NCBI RefSeq assembly: GCF_001194135.2
Contig: NC_068993.1
Span: 29,728,819-29,769,047, forward strand
Direction: 5' to 3'
Source: Octopus bimaculoides
Lineage: Eukaryota
Length of the DNA stretch: 40,229 nt
The translations under genes and the position numbers were made by a program. The notes beneath the pieces are model-generated. The model saw nothing but the letters and a program-made list of their open reading frames with translations, ran no database searches and was not told where the DNA came from. This document shows, one piece after another, positions 22,655 through 33,412 of this stretch; positions within the stretch are counted from its first letter, which is position 1; each line of letters begins with the position of its first letter.

Positions 22655-23189
22655 CACACACTCACTCACACACAAACTCAAGGCTTACTTATTCATGATG
22701 TTCCTACCCTTACCCACCCCACCATGTACACCAGAAGTCTGTTTTTTTCCTCACTTCCCTTGACTAGTCAGTAACAAGCCCCAACCTCCTACTCTCTATG
22801 ACTCCATGCTCCACAGCTCACTCATTCCATATATTAGATAATAAAAAATGTAAGTCATAACAAACACACATAACAAGGTATTCATTAACAACATTAGAAA
22901 TCTGTATATATATTTATTCTTTTAGTGATAATAGTTTGAATGGTACTTATTGTAGCATATGATCAAGTGTTGAAGTAGTGATGGCAAATTTAATGAAATG
23001 GATAAAATTTATCATGTGTGTAAATCTGCCAATTGCTGGCAATGTACGACTCAACTTTTTTTCTTACCCCACATACTGATGCAGCCAGACTTTAATGTAC
23101 CAACAACTAAGCAGCTTTACCATTGAAGTCACATCCCCTCTTCTTGTAAGTTCTAAAACTTTAGTGCCTGAACTGTCAGTGTAGACATG

Positions 23190-25420
23190 AGGAAAGGTAG
23201 GTCTGTTAAGAGGGTGGAAATGTTGCAGAGGAGATGAGTAAATTTGTGTTATGTACAGGAGGTAAGATGGAAGGGATCCTCAACCAAACTCCTCACAGGC
23301 AACAGAAAACAGTAGAAATTCTTTTGCATTAGATTATACTTTCACCAGGAAACAGGACAGAATGACTATTGCAAATATCAAAACCTTTCTTGGTGAGGAA
23401 TGCACCTGATAATATATATTACAGGCTAGTGACTTCAGAGTCAGAAGTGAGCAGACACAGAAATGAAAGATGACTTGGAGAAGGAAGATATAGAAACTAA
23501 AAGACCCAGAATTGGGAATAGATTTAGAAAAATTTTAATCGATGCATATGACTGTTGGGAAGAAAACTTGTAGCATAGATGACAACTGGGAATTTCTCTG
23601 AAGTAACCTGTATAAGGCTACAAATCAGGCATGTAAATGGAGGCAGGTATGGAAAACATAGAAGGAAGATGGTAGTAGAAAGCGTTACCTAATGCTATAA
23701 AGGCAGCTAAATGATAGGTATATGTAACTGAAGGTGAGGCAGAAAGGATGAGATTTACACTTGTTCTGAAATATGAGGATCAGAGCCATGAAGTGTTCAC
23801 AATTGCAAGACAATGTATGAGAGAAAATGGAGATGTATTGGTGAAAAGTGTATTCAGAATTCTGAAGCTATACTCATCATTGACATGGAAGACAAGAAAC
23901 TAGCTTGGAAGTGCTATGATGAAAGGCTGCTGAACAGGAAGAATGCATGGGATAAAGAGGTGCTACCTAATGTTGACCTTATAGGAGGACCAGCAATTCA
24001 AGTTGACAGCAATGTGGTAGATAAAGCAATCAAGGATATGAAGAAAGAGAAAGTTGTGTGTTCATCAGGGATAGCTGCAGAGATATACTAAATATCTGGT
24101 GAGGTTGCATAATAGTTACTACCCAGATAGTTAATCAAGCTATACAAGGGGGTGTCATACCCAATGATTGCCATGACAATATCATAAGCTGCTGTAAAGA
24201 CAAAAGAGAAACAACTATAGGGGTATCAAACTACTGGATCGGGTTATGAAGGCCACATAGAGAGTCATAGCACACTTAATATGTGACAGTAGAGCTTCAT
24301 GTGATACAATTTGGTTTTGTCCTTGAAAGAGGCTCTGCAGGTGCAATCTTCCTAGTAAAACAGTAGCAGGGGAAATACTTGTCCAAGATTAAATCTCTAT
24401 TCCTGACTTCCATTGATCTGGAGAAAGCTTTTGACAGATTACCACACTCAGTAATTTGGTGGTCACTGAGGAAAATAGACATAGTCCAATGTAAGGGCTG
24501 TACAAGCTATATATTCAAAGATATAGTCAGTAAAGAGAGTCAACAACAATTTCAGTGACAGTAGGAGTTCATCACTGATGAGTTTGAGACTGGATGTCTA
24601 TGGAACTCCTATATCTTGATGATCTTGTCCTCAAAGTTGAATCTATAGGGAAGTTAGAAAAGAAATTGTGGGCATGGAAACTGAAACTAGAATCAAGAAG
24701 TCTTAAGGCAAGCCTAGCAAAGACAAAGGTGTTTGTAGGTAGGAAAGAAAACAGGACCCACATACCTTCAGGATATGCAGATAAGGTGTAGATATAAACT
24801 CCAAGATGTAGTGGAATCACAGACAGGCTAGCAGATAACATAAACTTTGTGCGTGATAGATGCACTGAAGCAGTACTTACTATGGGCACACCAGAATTAG
24901 ACTCCCTTAAATATCTAGATGGCTCACTCGATATAATTAATAGCTTTTGTTACTTAGGAAACAGGGGAGGTGGTTGCTCTAAAAGTATAGCAACCACAGT
25001 AACAATAGATTGGAGAAAGTTCAAGGAGCTACCATCACTATTGACAACAAAGGTCTTAGGGCAGATTGTATGATACTTGTCTTAGGACAGTATTGCTATA
25101 TGGTTGTGAAACATGGGGCTTGAACTAGAAAACTGGAAAAAAAGGAAGCCAGCATGCTCTATTAAATGTGCAATGTAAGTGTACATAAAGGACATTATAT
25201 AGATTTGCTGAGAGAAAAATTAGGCATAAGTGGATGTATATGGATAAGGATAGCTGTATATTGAAGTGTCAGTCACTTAATGTGGTAAGATCTTGTGGAA
25301 GAGGAAGACTTAGAAAGACATGGGATGTTGTGGTGAAAGCTAACTTCACAAACCTGAACCTCGGAGAGGACATGACAAAGAATTGGAATGTCTAGTGATA
25401 TGCAGTTCTCAAGATCTGTC
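23190..25420 (+). pseudogene. Old, heavily decayed RTE LINE (APE remnant, RT and post-RT regions, with deletions)
   Basis: CVMYRR/QEVRWKG APE-like start; AWKCYDERLLNRKNAWDK, NYRGIKLLD, DLEKAFDR, LLYLDDLVL, SFCYLGNRGGGCS, all with stops and frameshifts. Confidence 0.75.
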
Positions 25421-25529
25421 CACTTTTGTAAGTTGATCTCTAGAAGCACTCTGTGTGTGTGTGTGTGTGTGTATGATGGATTCTCCTGTGAATGACAAAT
25501 GAGGGTTCAGTAAAATAAAGTGTTAATCA

Positions 25530-25890
25530 CGTTCTATGGATACTAATGTATCTCTTGAGGCCTGCTGGTGCCTTGCAAACCTTCTGGCAAGTAGAACAAG
25601 TTGTAGGCTCAGTTTGCTTGAGCACTTGTGGATCCTTTACTATGTGTTTTCTTGTGTGAGTGGCAAGGCCTGCTTTGCTTCATGCCACATAGCCACAATG
25701 TCAGGTAAAGTTTCCATTTAGTGGAGCAGTGTTTTGCCAGTGTGCCTTCATGCTTGCACAAAGTTGGTCCCGATGTTGGAGTTGACTTTGCTCAAATCTT
25801 TGAACAGAGGAGAGCAGGACTGGCACTAGGTCCTGTGTTCTTTGTTTTCTCAAGAAGAAAATGGAATGTTGCATTGTCTTTTAGTTTGTC
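25530..25890 (-). pseudogene. 3' end of a LINE-like ORF with C2H2 zinc fingers
   Basis: Minus-strand translation CGYVA*SKAGLATHTRKH...TCSTCQKVCKAPAGLKRYISIH. C-terminal C2H2 fingers occur in some RTE-clade LINEs; parent not identified. Confidence 0.5.
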
Positions 25891-25974
25891 TTAGAAGTGC
25901 AAGAGTGGCTTTCCAACTGACCTTCCTGTTGGGAATTGGCCAAAGAGAAGTTGCTTTGGAATTCTGATATCATT

Positions 25975-26646
25975 CATACATGAGGTGGTGAAGCACAACC
26001 TTCGAACATTAGGCCTCACCGAGGCAATGACATGTGACCGAGACCTTTGGAAATATGCTGTGCGTGAGAAGACCCACCCAGCCAAGTGAGACCATAATCC
26101 GAGGCCTCTGCCAGGGATCAGCCCACTTGTGTGTACCTTTCCTTCATTGGACACTAAACTCCGCTTGCGAAGACCTGTTGAGGCAAGTGAAATCGAAATC
26201 GTGTTGGCACCTGTAACAGTGAAGCACTGTCTGTGCACGATCATTGCCAAAGCAGCTGTCTGGCTCCCATGCCAGTGGCACATAAATAGCACCATTTGAG
26301 CGTGATCGTTACCAAGGTCGCCTTACTGGCACTTGTGCCGGTGGCACATGAAAAAACATTCGAGTGAGATCGTTGCCAGTGCCACTGGACTGGCTCCTGT
26401 GCAGGTGGTAAGTAAAATACACCATTTTGAGTGTGGCCATTGCCAGTACTGCCTGACTGGCCTTCGTGTCAGTGGCACATAAAAGCACCCACTACACTCT
26501 CGGAGTTGTTGGCGTTAGGAAGGGCATCCAGCTGTAGAAACTCTGTCAAATCAGATTGAAGCCTGGTGTAGCCATCTGGTTGGCCAGTCCTCAGTCAAAT
26601 CGTCCAACCCATGCTAGCATGGAAGGCGGACGTTAAACGATGATGA
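25975..26646 (+). mobile_element. RTE LINE 3' fragment (ORF end, 3' UTR, (TGA)n tail)
   Basis: Collinear with 20305-21075. Confidence 0.85.
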
Positions 26647-26767
26647 TCTAAGCTATATTTTGATGAGGATGAATTCAATACCTAATATGTTGCATTTCAT
26701 TAGTACCCCACTGTTATGAATATGGTCAAATAGTGTTATGTTGGAGATAGTATGCAAATATTGCATA

Positions 26768-26814
<47 letters not shown>

Positions 26815-26871
26815 CAATTAAAAAAAAGGGAAAATACACACACTTTACATAGTTTTAATATAATTTTTAAT

Positions 26872-26906
26872 ATATTGACCTGTTTCGCTTTCGCTATTCA
26901 TGATAT
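26872..26906 (-). ncRNA. Hammerhead-like motif in inverted pLTR with A3-U8 core variant
   Basis: Minus strand ATATC-ATGAATA-GC(GAAA)GC-GAAA-CAGG-TC-AATAT. Confidence 0.55.
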
Positions 26907-27137
26907 TATGGTTTACTTATTTGAATACGTATTAAGAAGAAATTGTTGTCCATGTTGTGTGTGATGATATTTACGAGTGAATGGCTTCACAAGTAGAAGA
27001 AAAAAAGGGAGGTTATTGTTGTTGTTGTTGTTTTGGGCAAGGGAGATAACTGTTCAGCTTTCAGTAAGAGGAGGGGAAAAAAGAAGATAATGTAAATTTC
27101 TTCTTAAGAAAAAATATATTCAAATAAGTAAACCATA

Positions 27138-27172
27138 ATATCATGAGTAGCGAAAGTGAAAGCGGTCGATAT
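27138..27172 (+). ncRNA. Hammerhead-like motif in pLTR with A3-U8 core variant
   Basis: ATATC-ATGAGTA-GC(GAAA)GT-GAAA-GCGG-TC-GATAT. Confidence 0.6.
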
Positions 27173-27259
27173 ATTAAAACTATGTAAAGTGTGTGTATTT
27201 TCCCTTTTTTTAAAAATTTCTTATATATATTACTACTATTTACCACACGGGAACAGAAA

Positions 27260-29060
27260 ATGCCACCAAAACCTACTACAAACTCACTGGATAAAATTAC
27301 CAACGAAGACATATTAAAAGAATTGAAAGAAATTAACTCAAATTTAGTTGTAGTTTTGATGGACACAGAACACTATAAAAACCTAGTATTATCCATACTA
27401 GAAAACAAAGCCTTCTATGAAAAAGTTATAAACTATAAACAACAAAAAACAATGAAAAATCTTGCATCCATAATTCTTCTACATGGAAAAGGCCCGAGAG
27501 AAAAAGAAACAGACTACATTACGAACTTCAAATGCAAACCCAGTCTTTTTTACAGCCTTCCTAAAATACACAAGAGCATCCTACTGAAACCCTTGCTGAA
27601 ATACATCAAAAGTGTCATTAGAGACGATTTAGACATGCTAGAACACCTACCAAAAGTAATTAATGAAGAGGCAATATTCTTTACCCTTGATGTTATCAAT
27701 CTTTATACCAACATCCCACATGATTATGGAATAAAAGCAATTAAATTCTGACTGGAACAGTACCCTGAAGTACTCCCGGGACGCATAAATCAGATCTTTA
27801 TTATTGAATCTTTAAAATTTATACTTCAGAACAATTATTTTCTATTTGATGACACATACTATCGTCAGAAATGCGGAATTGTGATGGGAACGAAAGCAGC
27901 CCCTGTTCTTGCGAACCTAATAATGGGTTATTTTGAATTCACCTTATATGAAGTATCACTTCAGAAATATGGTTACCCATTTTACCTTTACATAAGAGAA
28001 AATTGGAAACGATAAAGATATCTGGATGACTGTTTTATGATTTGGAAGGAGAACATCGACAAACTTTTGGATTTCAAATCAACAGTAAATGATATAAATA
28101 GTAACATTCAATTCACAATGGAATATAACAAAGAACAGCTCCATTTTTAAACATCATGATAAAAAAAGTCAACAATCAAATCATAACTGATATCTATTAT
28201 AAACCAACTGATTTTAAACAATATCTCCTCTTTAGCTCATGCCACCCGAAACACATCAAAATGAATATCCCTTTCAATTTAGCAAAAAGGATTTGCACAA
28301 TAGTGTCCGATAGAACAACTCAGGACCTTCGCCTTCAAGACCTCAAAACAACGCTTACTGAAAGACAATATCCACCCTCACTTGTAGACGAGGGACTTAA
28401 ACGTGCCAAAAAATTAGACATAAAAACACTAAGAATAACAAAACATAACACCACAACTTATCTCAAAACATTACTATTTATATCAACACACAACCCCAGA
28501 AACAGTGAGGCATTCAACACTATTGTGCAAGATCTTCCTTTACTAACTAGAGATCCCAAAATGAACGACATCCTGAAAACGCACAAACTCATCAAATGCA
28601 AAAAGCAACACAAATCGCTAAAGAGATTACTAACAAATGCGAAGCTCTACAAAAAAAAAAACCATGAAACAAACAGTTAAAAAATGTGGATGCTCAAACT
28701 GTGGAACCTGCCCTGAAGGCTCGGATTTCCTTTTCAAACAAGGACAGAGGTTCACAATTAATACTAGCTTCACTTGTGCCTCTGAGAACCTAATTTATGT
28801 AATAACCTGCTTGTGTTGCAGACATAGCTATATTGGATAAACGAGTATGACCTTGAGAAGGAGAACCACTCTATATAAAGAGCAAATCCGTTTTCAGCAG
28901 TACAGGCAAATCCCTCTCAGTGAACATATGTGCAGATAACATCAAACCAAATTTCACAGTATTTCCCTTCTACTAGTGCAAAGACACAATCTCTCCACAA
29001 GAACGTTTAAATAAAGAAACTTTTTTCATTGAAAAATACAGAACATGTCTTAATATGCAC
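27260..29060 (+). pseudogene. PLE polyprotein pseudogene (RT and GIY-YIG endonuclease)
   Basis: FYSLPKIHK; TLDVINLYTNIPH; YRQKCGIVMGTKAAPVLANL; RYLDDCF; YYKPTD...SSCHPKH; CGCSNCGTC; NLIYVITC...YIG; several stops and frameshifts. Confidence 0.9.
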
Positions 29061-29319
29061 GCATAAATACTTTTATCTTTTTACATATTTCAATTCATGA
29101 TTGCATCACCTTTTTTTTGGTGTGTGTGTACACATATATATTCCCCTCCTCTTACCAAAAGCTGAACAGTTATCTCCCTTGGCACAACAATAATAACGAT
29201 AACCAAGTACCTCCCCTTATTCTTCTACTTGTGAAGCCTTTCACTTGTAAATATCATCACACACAATATGGTCAAAAATTTCTTCTTAAGAAAATACATG
29301 TTCAAATAAGTAAACCTTA

Positions 29320-29356
29320 ATATTATGAATAGCGAAAGCGAAACCGGTCATTATAT
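29320..29356 (+). ncRNA. Hammerhead-like motif in 3' pLTR with A3-U8 core variant
   Basis: ATATT-ATGAATA-GC(GAAA)GC-GAAA-CCGG-TC-ATTAT; palindromic stem III ACCGGT. Confidence 0.6.
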
Positions 29357-29474
29357 TAAAAATTATATTAAAACTATGTAAAGTGTGTGTATTTTCCCTT
29401 TTTTTTAAATTTCTTATATATATTACAATTTACCACGTGGGGATACTCGAAATTCCTCTCTCTCTGTTACTACT

Positions 29475-29507
<33 letters not shown>

Positions 29508-29595
29508 GAGAATATACAAAAAATAACAACAGACGAGGACAGGTGGTGTAAATAACAAAAGTATATATTAGTATGACGCTCGGGAATACGGAAAG

Positions 29596-29632
29596 TCTTT
29601 GACGTTTCGAGCTACGCTCTTCAACAGAAAGA
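29596..29632 (-). ncRNA. Minimal hammerhead-like motif in a second PLE-type terminal repeat (A6U variant, extra A)
   Basis: Minus strand TCTTT-CTGTTGA-A-GAGC(GTA)GCTC-GAAA-CG-TC-AAAGA; repeat about 29490-29654, cut by the N-gap. Confidence 0.55.
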
Positions 29633-30215
29633 ATACGGAGACAAGGAGAAAAACNNNNNNNNNNNNNNNNNNNNNNNNNNNNNNNNNNNNNNNNNNNNNN
29701 NNNNNNNNNNNNNNNNNNNNNNNNNNNNNNNNNNNNNNNNNNNNNNNNNNNNNNNNNNNNNNNNNNNNNNNNNNNNNNNNNNNNNNNNNNNNNNNNNNNN
29801 NNNNNNNNNNNNNNNNNNNNNNNNNNNNNNNNNNNNNNNNNNNNNNNNNNNNNNNNNNNNNNNNNNNNNNNNNNNNNNNNNNNNNNNNNNNNNNNNNNNN
29901 NNNNNNNNNNNNNNNNNNNNNNNNNNNNNNNNNNNNNNNNNNNNNNNNNNNNNNNNNNNNNNNNNNNNNNNNNNNNNNNNNNNNNNNNNNNNNNNNNNNN
30001 NNNNNNNNNNNNNNNNNNNNNNNNNNNNNNNNNNNNNNNNNNNNNNNNNNNNNNNNNNNNNNNNNNNNNNNNNNNNNNNNNNNNNNNNNNNNNNNNNNNN
30101 NNNNNNNNNNNNNNNNNNNNNNNNNNNNNNNNNNNNNNNNNNNNNNNNNNNNNNNNNNNNNNNNNNNNNNNNNNNNNTATATATATATATATATATATAT
30201 GCATATATATATATA

Positions 30216-30370
30216 CGACGGGCTTCTTTCAGTTTCTGTCTACCAAATCCACTCACAAGCCTTTGGTCGGCCCGAGGCTATAGTAGGAGACACTTGCCCA
30301 AGGTGCCATGCAGTGGGAATGAACCCAGAACCATGTGATTGGTAAGCAAGCTACTTACCACACAGCCACT
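30216..30370 (-). mobile_element. tRNA-derived SINE, 5' part
   Basis: Minus strand A-box TGGCTGTGTGG and B-box GGGTTCATTCCC, then CACCTTGGGCAAG...GAAACTGAAAGAAGCCCGTCG and (TA)n. Confidence 0.8.
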
Positions 30371-30474
30371 TGAATGTGGTACTTATGTTTAGGCACCAGA
30401 ATATAGTATGGTATTATCCAAACAATTCCAAAAACAAGGTGATCAAAAATCAAATAAAGCAACACTGATTTTAA

Positions 30475-32499
30475 AGGTTATTGCATTACGCACGTTTTAT
30501 GCTACTCCATTTATTTAAGTAATGCGACCATTACATTAAATGCAAAATGCAGAGCAAACCTCAGCTGCACAAGGATATAGACAACGTACTGAAAATTTTC
30601 TTATCAGCAGAATGGACATATTTACTGTTGTGACAACATTTAAAATCTAAGTGGGAAAGAAGAATCTATAAAAACCATCTTGACATTTCCGTTATTAGGC
30701 AGATGTTGCACCCACAATGAAGTTTACAAATGCATAATAAGTACGATAACTGAGAATTATATTTACATAGGATCTAGCATTAATCTGAAACAGTGAATAT
30801 ATAACCACAGATCTTCTTTTAGACTAAAACATAAGGCAAATAGTACGTCATTAGCAAATAAAATTTGGGAGTTAAATGATAATGGTATTAGTTTTAGCCT
30901 TAAATGGGAAATTATAAAAAAAGCCCAACCTTATAGAAATAGTAGATATGGATGTGAATTATGTTCTATGGAAACATATGAAATTTTTAAACTTAGAAAT
31001 AATCCTAATCTAATTAATAATAGATTAGATCTTAGAGTATTGTGTGTACACTGCTCTACTCGCACTTTTAAATTTTTTAAAAAGTAGTTAAAATTATAAA
31101 GATGTGGTATTTCAACATCTACCATGTTCATCTTGAACCTTTATAACATATATTTCTGATCTCTTGAACCTTTATAACATTTCTGATCTCTCACCTTAAC
31201 ATACAATCTTCTTGTGATAACTAAGATTTTAACTTTATCCATGGATGGTATATTTTTTTCACACTACTTATGCTACTGCTGTTAGTTCTTAGTATGTATC
31301 TTAATTATTTTTACCCTATGTGGCTTATAAGAATGGGAGGTTTTATAAGTTCTTATTGTTTTTAATTAGTTCTCAAACCTTGAAAAATTTTATATTTTAT
31401 TTTATTTAATGCCTGACTCTAATAGGATCCTTATTATTCCATTATTTCAGGGCTTGTAGTGGTAGTGTTATAGTTATTCTATAGTTTGACTTAAATAGAT
31501 CTAATCCTTGTTCCATTAATATTCTGTAATAAGCCCATGTTAGTTTTAAAACAAGTTCTTGACTATATAAGATAGTATAACAAAACTAGTACATAATTAT
31601 CATGTTCTCTATTAGATTCTTGGATTATTATTGAATTCTTTGTTAATTCATACCATTCTTTTTATTAGTTCCTTAAACCTTGATAAACCCATTATTATAA
31701 ACTATGTAAATCCTATATTAATTCTTTACATTTTAAAAATAAAAATAAATTTTACCTCTTATGTGTCTTTCAAATAATATTAGATATATTAGCTTAAATT
31801 TTAGATTTTAAAATAATTCAAAATAGTTTCTTTAGTCCAATATATATAAAATTCTTAAACTTCACACCTTATCTATAGTTTTTAAATTCCAAATTGACAC
31901 TACTTCAGGGTTTTTGTATGAACTAATTACATCTTTATTATTAACATAATAATTAAGCTAATATTGATATCTATAAGTTTTCCATACTTAGTATATGTAA
32001 ACAAATACTGATACATTATTCAGACGAAAGAAAAAGCCCTGTTGACCTAGATGCTTAATGTTAAATTTCCCCTACAGTAGTAAAAAAAAACCTCAACCCA
32101 AAATTGTGTTGCCACTACGACCGGAGGAATCTTTACAACCATATCCATGTATAATGCTTACACCTTCCTTTTCCTTATAAGTGAAAGGTTGATTGCCCCC
32201 TTACACTTTAAATCACTAGGTAAGAAACAAAATCAGAGACAGTTAGAATTCTACCTAGAATTAATTACGAGCCTGCTAGCCTTGGCTATGTCGAGATGGT
32301 TTTTATGGATTCTTCTTTCTCACTTAGATTTTAAGTGTTGTCACAACAGTAAATATGTCCATTCTACTGAAAAGAAAATTTTCAGTAAATTTTCTATATC
32401 CTTGTACAGCTGAGGATTGCTCTGCATTTTGCATTTAATGTAATGCTCGCATTACTTAAATAAATGGAGTAGCATGAAACGTGCGTACTGCAATAACCT
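30475..32499. mobile_element. Kolobok-type non-autonomous DNA transposon with 212-bp TIRs
   Basis: TTAA|AGGTTATTGC...GCAATAACCT|TTAA; TIRs 30475-30686 and 32288-32499 align along their whole length with scattered mismatches. TTAA TSD with AGG...CCT ends fits Kolobok. Confidence 0.8.
30689..31087 (+). pseudogene. GIY-YIG endonuclease frame (PLE-type), 5'-truncated, one in-frame TGA
   Basis: PLLGRCCTHNEVYKCIISTITENYIYIGSSINLKQ*IYNHRSSFRLKHKANSTSLANKIWELNDNGISFSLKWEIIKKAQPYRNSRYGCELCSMETYEI...; absent from the ORF track. Confidence 0.8.
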
Positions 32500-32529
32500 T
32501 TAATGTCTGACTTTTTGTGCATGCATGAG

Positions 32530-32900
32530 TAGAACAGTTTACAGGAGCAAGCCAGCCAGAAGACTACTGTGTCTGTTTTGACAGGGTTTTTACAGCTGGA
32601 TGCCCTTCCTAACACCAACCATTTCACAGAGTAGTCTCAGTGCTTTTTATGTAGCACTAACACAGGCAAGGTCAGTTTTGGCATGATTTTTACAGCTGGA
32701 TGCCCTTCCTAATGCCAACCACTTCACAATGTAGACTGGATGCTTTTTATGTGGCACCAGCACTGGCAGGGTCACCAAGTAACTTTGCAAGACAAGGAAT
32801 TTTGAGAGGGGCAAGGGCATTGGAGGAGGGGATCTTGTGTCAGATGATGAAAGGTTAGAGTATGACACAGACAGAGATGCAGAAACAGGTGTCTTGCTGT
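32530..32900 (-). repeat. Short high-copy repeat, same family as 13259-13880
   Basis: Shared ACAGCTGGATGCCCTTCCTAA, ACAGGGTCACCAAGTAAC and GATCTTGTGTCAGATGATGAAAGG blocks. Confidence 0.75.
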
Positions 32901-33134
32901 GTGTGTGTGTGTATGTGTATGTATATGTATATATATATAGATGTGTGTGTGTGTGTTTATATATGTGTGTGTGTTTATATATGTGTATGTGTAATATTTG
33001 AGACTAATGGGTATATGTCAATTAGTGTGTTGAGTAAAGCATGTTCACAGTTTTGGCTACCTGGAGTCATCCACAGTTGGGGTGTATATCCACTAGATCT
33101 ACGTGAGGAATTAATTCCATGGTTTTAGTTGAGA

Positions 33135-33412
33135 TAATAATAAGTGATGAAAGAAACAGAAGATAGATCTAGCACTAGTATTAACCAAAATACAGCAGTC
33201 ACAAACAACATGCCTAGGACATCTTAGTATATCTAGCAGGACTTCTTTATGCATGTACCTGATGTGACACAAACTGCACAGATTGATGCAACACTATTAG
33301 ATGCACAAAATCCTACTCATAATGGACAGTTGCAGGATGGGTTGAAACAATTGTTGTACTGAATAAAGACTAGTGCTAAACCTATCTTCTGTTTCTTTCA
33401 TCAATTATATAT
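33135..33412. mobile_element. Small MITE-like element with about 40-bp inverted ends
   Basis: TGATGAAAGAAACAGAAGATAGATCTAGCACTAGT / ACTAGTGCTAAACCTATCTTCTGTTTCTTTCATCA; TSD not established. Confidence 0.55.

Larger units (their letters stand above)
26805..29441 (+). mobile_element. Penelope-like element (RT plus C-terminal GIY-YIG), internally deleted, with inverted 5' pLTR and direct pLTRs
   Basis: Inverted copy about 26805-27085 of the 3' region about 29130-29420; direct pLTR parts 27094-27251 and 29276-29441; RT and GIY-YIG motifs between them. Confidence 0.9.

Noticed and set aside
27749-27751. In-frame TGA in the PLE ORF as selenocysteine recoding (reported for some Naiad PLEs)
   Set aside because: The position corresponds to a Trp-type site (KF*LEQYP), and the ORF has other TAA stops and frameshifts.
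31200-32040. Minus-strand gene in an alternative (TAA/TAG = Gln) genetic code
   Set aside because: Stop density in all three frames is about what this AT content gives by chance, and no motif was recognisable.
32021-32050. Mitochondrial or LSU rRNA fragment (CAGACGAAAGAAAAAGCCCTGTTGACCT) suggesting a NUMT
   Set aside because: Only a short resemblance to the GACGAGAAGACCCT motif, with no flanking rRNA conservation; it lies inside the TIR element.
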